Source of the DNA: Octopus vulgaris
Lineage: Eukaryota
Direction of reading: 5' to 3'
DNA: 64,000 nucleotides
Assembly: GCA_951406725.2 (NCBI GenBank)
Contig: OX597814.1
Location: 48,298,001-48,362,000, forward strand
Made by a program: the position numbers and the translations under genes. Numbering within the stretch: the stretch's first letter is position 1; each line of letters opens with the position of its first letter. Of this stretch, positions 58,389 through 64,000 are shown piece by piece. The notes under the pieces were generated by a model. It was not told the origin of the DNA and ran no database searches. It worked only from the letters and a program-made list of their open reading frames with translations.

Positions 58389-60134
58389 TATCATTATTAA
58401 TGAGAAGACAAAATACAGTCTACATTCGAAATGCAGTTTACTTGTCTTTCCTCTCCATAGTGTTGAGCGAGTTTAAAACCATCTTAGTTTCATTAACTGT
58501 TTTGATACCATTTCACCTGTTTAAGGTGGTTTGAATTAAAACCTTCAACCATTATTCCATGTTAATTTATGGTGCAAACACCAGTTGAATTAAAAGAAAG
58601 TAATTTTATTAAATTCAGGACAAAAATCAAGTTAAACAACAGAGCAATTGGTTTCAAACAATTGTATTTTGCTATGCTAACCAATATGCAAAAATGTACA
58701 TTTGCCTAGTGGTTCTTTCATCACAACTTTGACAACATGGTGAGGTCTGCCTTACTGACAAGACCATAATTAGACTGGAACATGTACAAAGTTATCTCCT
58801 AGACTTGCTAAGACAATGAATATAATATTAGTCATTGACTAATTTCAGCCTTTCCTCTCTTGATAAATATTTCTATTTAGTTCTTTAATGCTCACATTAT
58901 TCAACATGTGAATAATAATTCACCAATATTCATTGCATTAAACATGCAAACTAACTCAGTTATAATACTACTTAATTTTGAATATTTTTTTCTATATTCT
59001 GCCCATTCTAGTGACTCATCAGATTTTAATAAGTTTACAATAACTATCAATGAAAATTTTGGTTATTCATTCATTTTTGTATAAAATAATTAGATCTCAG
59101 TAAATTAACCCAGCTTTCATTTAGTTGGGTGTTCCAATACACAGTTGTCACTGCCCAACCCTTCTTCTCCCCCATGCCACACTGAAGAAACTTAGATGAA
59201 GAGTTTAAGTGGTCTACACAAGGCACAGATGAACATCAGAAATGGTACCAAGAGGCTGACAGCGTTTGGTCATTGTGACTCTTTAAAACACGACTGATTA
59301 AATATTTATAACTTTGCTCAACGAAAATATGTATTAAAAAAACGTTACTTCTTTGCAGGATGAAAGGACAAAAGTTACAATTCCCTCAACGCTCTATAGC
59401 TATGTTAAATATTTAATGTACCATAAATGAATGAGTTTATTAGAGACGTTTAAACACAGAGGACGAAAGAAATATTGCAGAAGATACGAGTATTCATCAA
59501 CAATTACAGTAATGAATGAATAATTATATAAAACAATAAAAAAAAATTATCTCATTAGCCAAATACAACTTAGAACAGTTTGTTTATTCTAGAATTTTTA
59601 ATAATTCATGTTTAAGATGTTATTTCCGATAATTTAATGGGGATAACTGTCAAACAATATAAAACAAGAAAAATAATGAAGCAAGTTAAAAAACACTGAC
59701 TTAAGACAACTACTAGATCCCATACCATTCAAATTTGGTCAGTGTGGGTGAGGGTTGGGGGAAATCCCTCCCAAATGAATATAACCAACCTCTATCACAC
59801 AGACGTAGTTTCCTCATTCTACAGCTAACACACTTGTCTACTCCGGGCTGGATCGCATACCACTTCTACCCGGGTTCTCCCGAGTTTCCTCCTCCCGTCA
59901 ATAATATATCCACCTCCACCCAGACCTTGCACCAACCATTCCTTCGTTCCCATAACACCGTTCCGCTGGAGTTCTCCATCTTTTCCCTGCAGCTGTCAAT
60001 GAAAACCATGGGCACAACCTCACCTTCAATAGACCAAATTAATTTCTTATTTTATATAAAAAGCAGGGAATGACAATGAAGTTGAATTTGGCACTAAGCA
60101 GCGGTATGAAGACTGTCAACTATAACAATGTGGA

Positions 60135-60343
60135 TTTCAAATTTTGGCACAAGGCCAGCAAGTTCAGGAGAGGGGTTGAGTCAATTACATCGACTCCAGT
60201 ATTCAATTGGTTCTGATTTTATCGACCCTGAAAGGATGGAAGGTAAAGTTGACCCCGGCGGAATTTGAATTCAGAACGTAATGACGGACGAAATGATGCT
60301 AAGCCTTTTGCCCAGCGTGCTAATGATTCTGTTAGATCGCCGC
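60135..60343 (-). mobile_element. SINE family C
   Basis: Full-length reverse-complement copy. Confidence 0.82.
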
Positions 60344-60476
60344 TTTTATCAGGTATAAATTAATATTGTGCCTCAGGCAAAAAATAAAATGAAGTCAGAT
60401 AAAGACAAAGAAAAAAGTTCATTACACATTTCACGTGTTGTCAAACCCAAATCAGTCAAGAATAAGTAGATCTATG

Positions 60477-60580
60477 AGCGAAGGTAAACAGTATGCACAC
60501 GACCCGTTTAGGGTTACGTTTAAGGTTGGGGTTTAGAGTTACGCCGAAAACGGGTGGTGTGCGTATTTTTTACCTCCGCC
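60477..60580. mobile_element. Merlin-like MITE
   Basis: About 33-bp TIRs ((G/A)GCG.AGGTAAA.A.TA.GCACAC.ACCCGTTT), an 8-bp TSD gatctatg/aatctatg, and internal TTAGGG-like repeats. Confidence 0.65.
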
Positions 60581-61037
60581 AATCTATGATCAGTGACATC
60601 CTAGCTGTGACTATCCTGTTTTATTTTTTAGACATAGTGTACCCAAGATCACATTATCCGATGTGTCCTTTCTTTGTTGTTTGAGATGATTTGGCTGTTA
60701 TTTCGCGCATTGAAACCTTGGGCAAGGATGAAATATCTTGAGTGCATAATGGTACTGTGCTGCATATTGGATAAGAGTGCAAATTCTCCTGTATTATCAG
60801 TCAGCGGAGCAAGAAAAACACAGTCGGCGAGGGGTGGCTGGGTGGAATGAACACGTCAGGAGCTCCGAGATTACTTGAGTAATTGAAATTTTCTCGCACA
60901 CCATGTTAAGTATGTTAACTTTTACGTTATTAACTTGGTGATCTGCAATAATGAGATCGAATCCTATTACATGTGAATATCACACTATTTTATTAAATTT
61001 CATTTATATTCAACTAATAAATTAATAATAATAATTG

Positions 61038-61528
61038 TTTCAAATTTTGGCGTAAAGCCAGCAATTTTCGGAGAGGGTTAGTCGGTTACGCCACCCTAGT
61101 AACTGAAGGGATAAAAGACAAGGTTGACTTCGTGAGAAGTTGAACTCAGAACGTTAGGTGTCGGAAGAAATACCGATAAGCATTTTGTCCGACGCGCTGA
61201 CTAATGTTCCAGACTTAAGACCGGCAATTTTGTGAAGAGGGGGAGGTCGATTTCATCGACCCCAGAGCTCAACTGGTACTTATTTGATCGACTCCGAAAG
61301 GAAACAAGCCAAAGTCGATTTCGGGTTCAATAATAATAATGTCTTCTACTGAAGGTGTAAGGCCTGCAATTTTGAGGGAGGAGGCCCAGTTGATTACATC
61401 GATCCCAGTGTTCAACTAATACCTATTTTATCGACCCTGAAAGGGTGAAAGGTGAAGTTGACTTCGGCGGAATTTGAACTCAGAACGTTAAGACGAACAA
61501 AATGCCGCTAAGCCTTCTACCCGGCGTA
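61038..61528 (-). mobile_element. Cluster of three partial SINE family C copies
   Basis: Repeated GCAATTTT..GAG.GGG..GTCGATT.CATCGA.CCCAG..AAGTTGACTTCG motifs. Confidence 0.75.
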
Positions 61529-62587
61529 CTACCTATGTAGTACTTCATACACAGATCCACAAACATAAAGTGTTCTGAATTGAATAAGTCAAGATTATTT
61601 TAAGTATTTCCCCAATTATTAAATAATTGTTAAGGAAATTCACAGACATACACACAAAGAAGCTAATTAAAAACATTAAAAGTGGGATAATTTCTCATTC
61701 TTTTGCTCTTTTTCTTTCGTTAAAAGTTGGTCGACAGTTGAGTTACTGAATAAAAAGTTTTCTCTCGATCTCGTAAATTTATGTAAAGAAAGTTAATTAT
61801 TACAAGAAATGTTTACAGACCTTAAATGTTGAGCCTCCTGTTACCAAAATGACTGTTCACTTTAGAAATTTGAAGCATTTGAAGATTTCAACAAAAAATA
61901 GATTAAAGTTTCCTGTAAGACAGTCTTAATTCTCGACAGAAAAAAATGTAATATCTTCTACTGGCGACCGGCTGTTAAAAAAATATCCCTCACATCTTTA
62001 TTCTCTCTTATATGAATTACTCGTTATATAAAATGCGTTGCGTTCCTTTTCCTTATCAAAATGTAAACATATATATATATATACTGTCCAGACGAAATTT
62101 ATAAAGTGCGAACAGAAACTTATCTGTTAGTAGCAGCAGCAACAGTTGCTGTCAAGTTTCGTGTGTCAAATAAGTAGGTGTGATGGAGAATCCTGTCCCC
62201 ACCCATCACTCAAAGTTCTTCGCCTCAACTTTTCTCTCAACTTCCCTAGTTTCCTTTTCTTCACACGTGACTCCTGTAACGTAACAACAACGACTAACAG
62301 CCTAATTCGATGATATTTTCCCGCAAGTTGCTACTGACAAATTGAAATCAAACAATGGGATTATAAAACAAGTTTCACGAAACAAGGTTTCCCTTTCCCA
62401 CAAACTTTTACCATACGAGGCAACGGGGGAAGAACTACTAACAGGGTCGCTTGATCTGCCAGAAATAGCAGGCAGTTTCTTTTATGTCATATACCCTGCT
62501 TTATTCAAATAAAAGGGACCTGTTAGATGTCTTAAAATATACTCTGAAAATGTAGCAGTATGTTCACAGAGTGATGTCTTTAACTAC

Positions 62588-62646
62588 ATGTCTGTCTGTT
62601 TGATGAAAACTGACCTTGGGCTAAGCATGCTTAATAATAGTAATTG

Positions 62647-62697
<51 letters not shown>

Positions 62698-62769
62698 TGT
62701 ATATATACATATAGATGTAGGTATGTATGTATATATGTTTTATTTATTAAATTGTTATTATATATATAC

Positions 62770-62816
<47 letters not shown>

Positions 62817-62890
62817 TGTATATATACATATAGATGTAGGTATGTATGTATGCATATGTTTTATTTATTAAATTGTTATTATATATATAC

Positions 62891-62937
<47 letters not shown>

Positions 62938-63378
62938 TGTATGTATACATATAATAACAATTTAATAAATAAAACATATGCATACATACATACATACATG
63001 TACATACCTACATTTATATGTATATATACATGCATCATCATCATCATCGTCGTTTAACGTCCGTTCTCCATGCTAGCATGGGTTGGACGGTTCGACCGGA
63101 GTTCTGGGAAGCCAGAAGGCTGCACCAGGCTCCAGTCTAATCTGGCAATGTTTCTACAGCTGGATGCCCTTCCTAACGCCAACCACTCCGTGAGTGTAGT
63201 GGGTGCTTTTTACGTGCCACCTGCACAGGTGCCAGGCGGGGCTGGCAACGGCCACGGTCAGATTGGTGTATTTTATGTGCCACCGGCACGGAAGCCAGTC
63301 GAGGCGGTGCTGGCATCGGCCACGAGTCGGATAGTGCTTTTTACGTACCACCAGACCAGGGATCCTGGCTGGTTCAAT

Positions 63379-63419
<41 letters not shown>

Positions 63420-63515
63420 CAATTACTATTATTAAGCATGCTTAGCCCAAGGTCAGTTTTCATCAAACAGACAGACATATATATATATGCATATATATAT
63501 ATGTATGTATGCATG

Positions 63516-63547
<32 letters not shown>

Positions 63548-63659
63548 CATGTATATATATATATATATACATGCATACATATATATATATACATATATAT
63601 ATATATATGGATATATATATATATATATGCATATATATATATATATATATATACACATG

Positions 63660-63692
<33 letters not shown>

Positions 63693-63845
63693 GGATATAT
63701 ATATATATAAATTAAATTATAGATAAAACCACTATTAGGCAAATATATATATATATATATATAATAACAATTTAATAAATAAAACATATGCATACATACA
63801 TACATATATATACATACCTACATCTATATGTATATATACATGCAT
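62588..63845. repeat. (TA)n/(TACA)n-rich region with inverted and direct duplications
   Basis: 62588-62650 is the exact reverse complement of 63416-63478. Internal blocks are repeated in both orientations. Confidence 0.85.
63034..63380 (-). mobile_element. RTE 3'UTR fragment
   Basis: (CAT)n-CGTTTAACGTCCG..CCATGCTAGCATGGG family. Confidence 0.82.
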
Positions 63846-64000
63846 ATATGAGTACAGGACACCACAAATAAACGTAGAACACAACGAGAAACGAAAACAT
63901 AAAATCAATGTATATATATATATTATATTAAATTAGAGATAAAACCACTATTAGGCAAATCATACAATGAAAAATTTAAGCCAATACATAAGATTATTTA

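Overview
AT-rich, microsatellite- and repeat-dense animal genomic DNA. The SINE/RTE repeat families look like those of octopod cephalopods (Octopus), which is an inference. The one supported host gene is a complete minus-strand EOGT (EGF-domain O-GlcNAc transferase, GT61). I assembled it by hand from 16 GT-AG coding exons between 46476 and 13593 (1554 nt, 517 aa, signal peptide, C-terminal KTEL). It includes a 28-nt microexon. The rest is a layered TE landscape: an IR/DR Tc1 element, mariner and piggyBac remnants and MITEs, two non-autonomous Helitrons, a Merlin-like MITE, RTE, CR1, L1/Tx1, Penelope and HERO-like LINE fragments, and two abundant tRNA-type SINE families. The most striking signal is at 44645-44757, right after the endonuclease C-terminus of a HERO-like retroelement. 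It is a fully base-paired RNA with all hammerhead core elements (GUC, GAAA, CUGAUGA) in a non-circularly permuted, pseudoknotted order. Several minimal Penelope-type hammerheads, intact or decayed, are also present. Most ORFs in the supplied track are microsatellite or repeat artefacts. All coordinates were counted by hand, and repeat boundaries are approximate.
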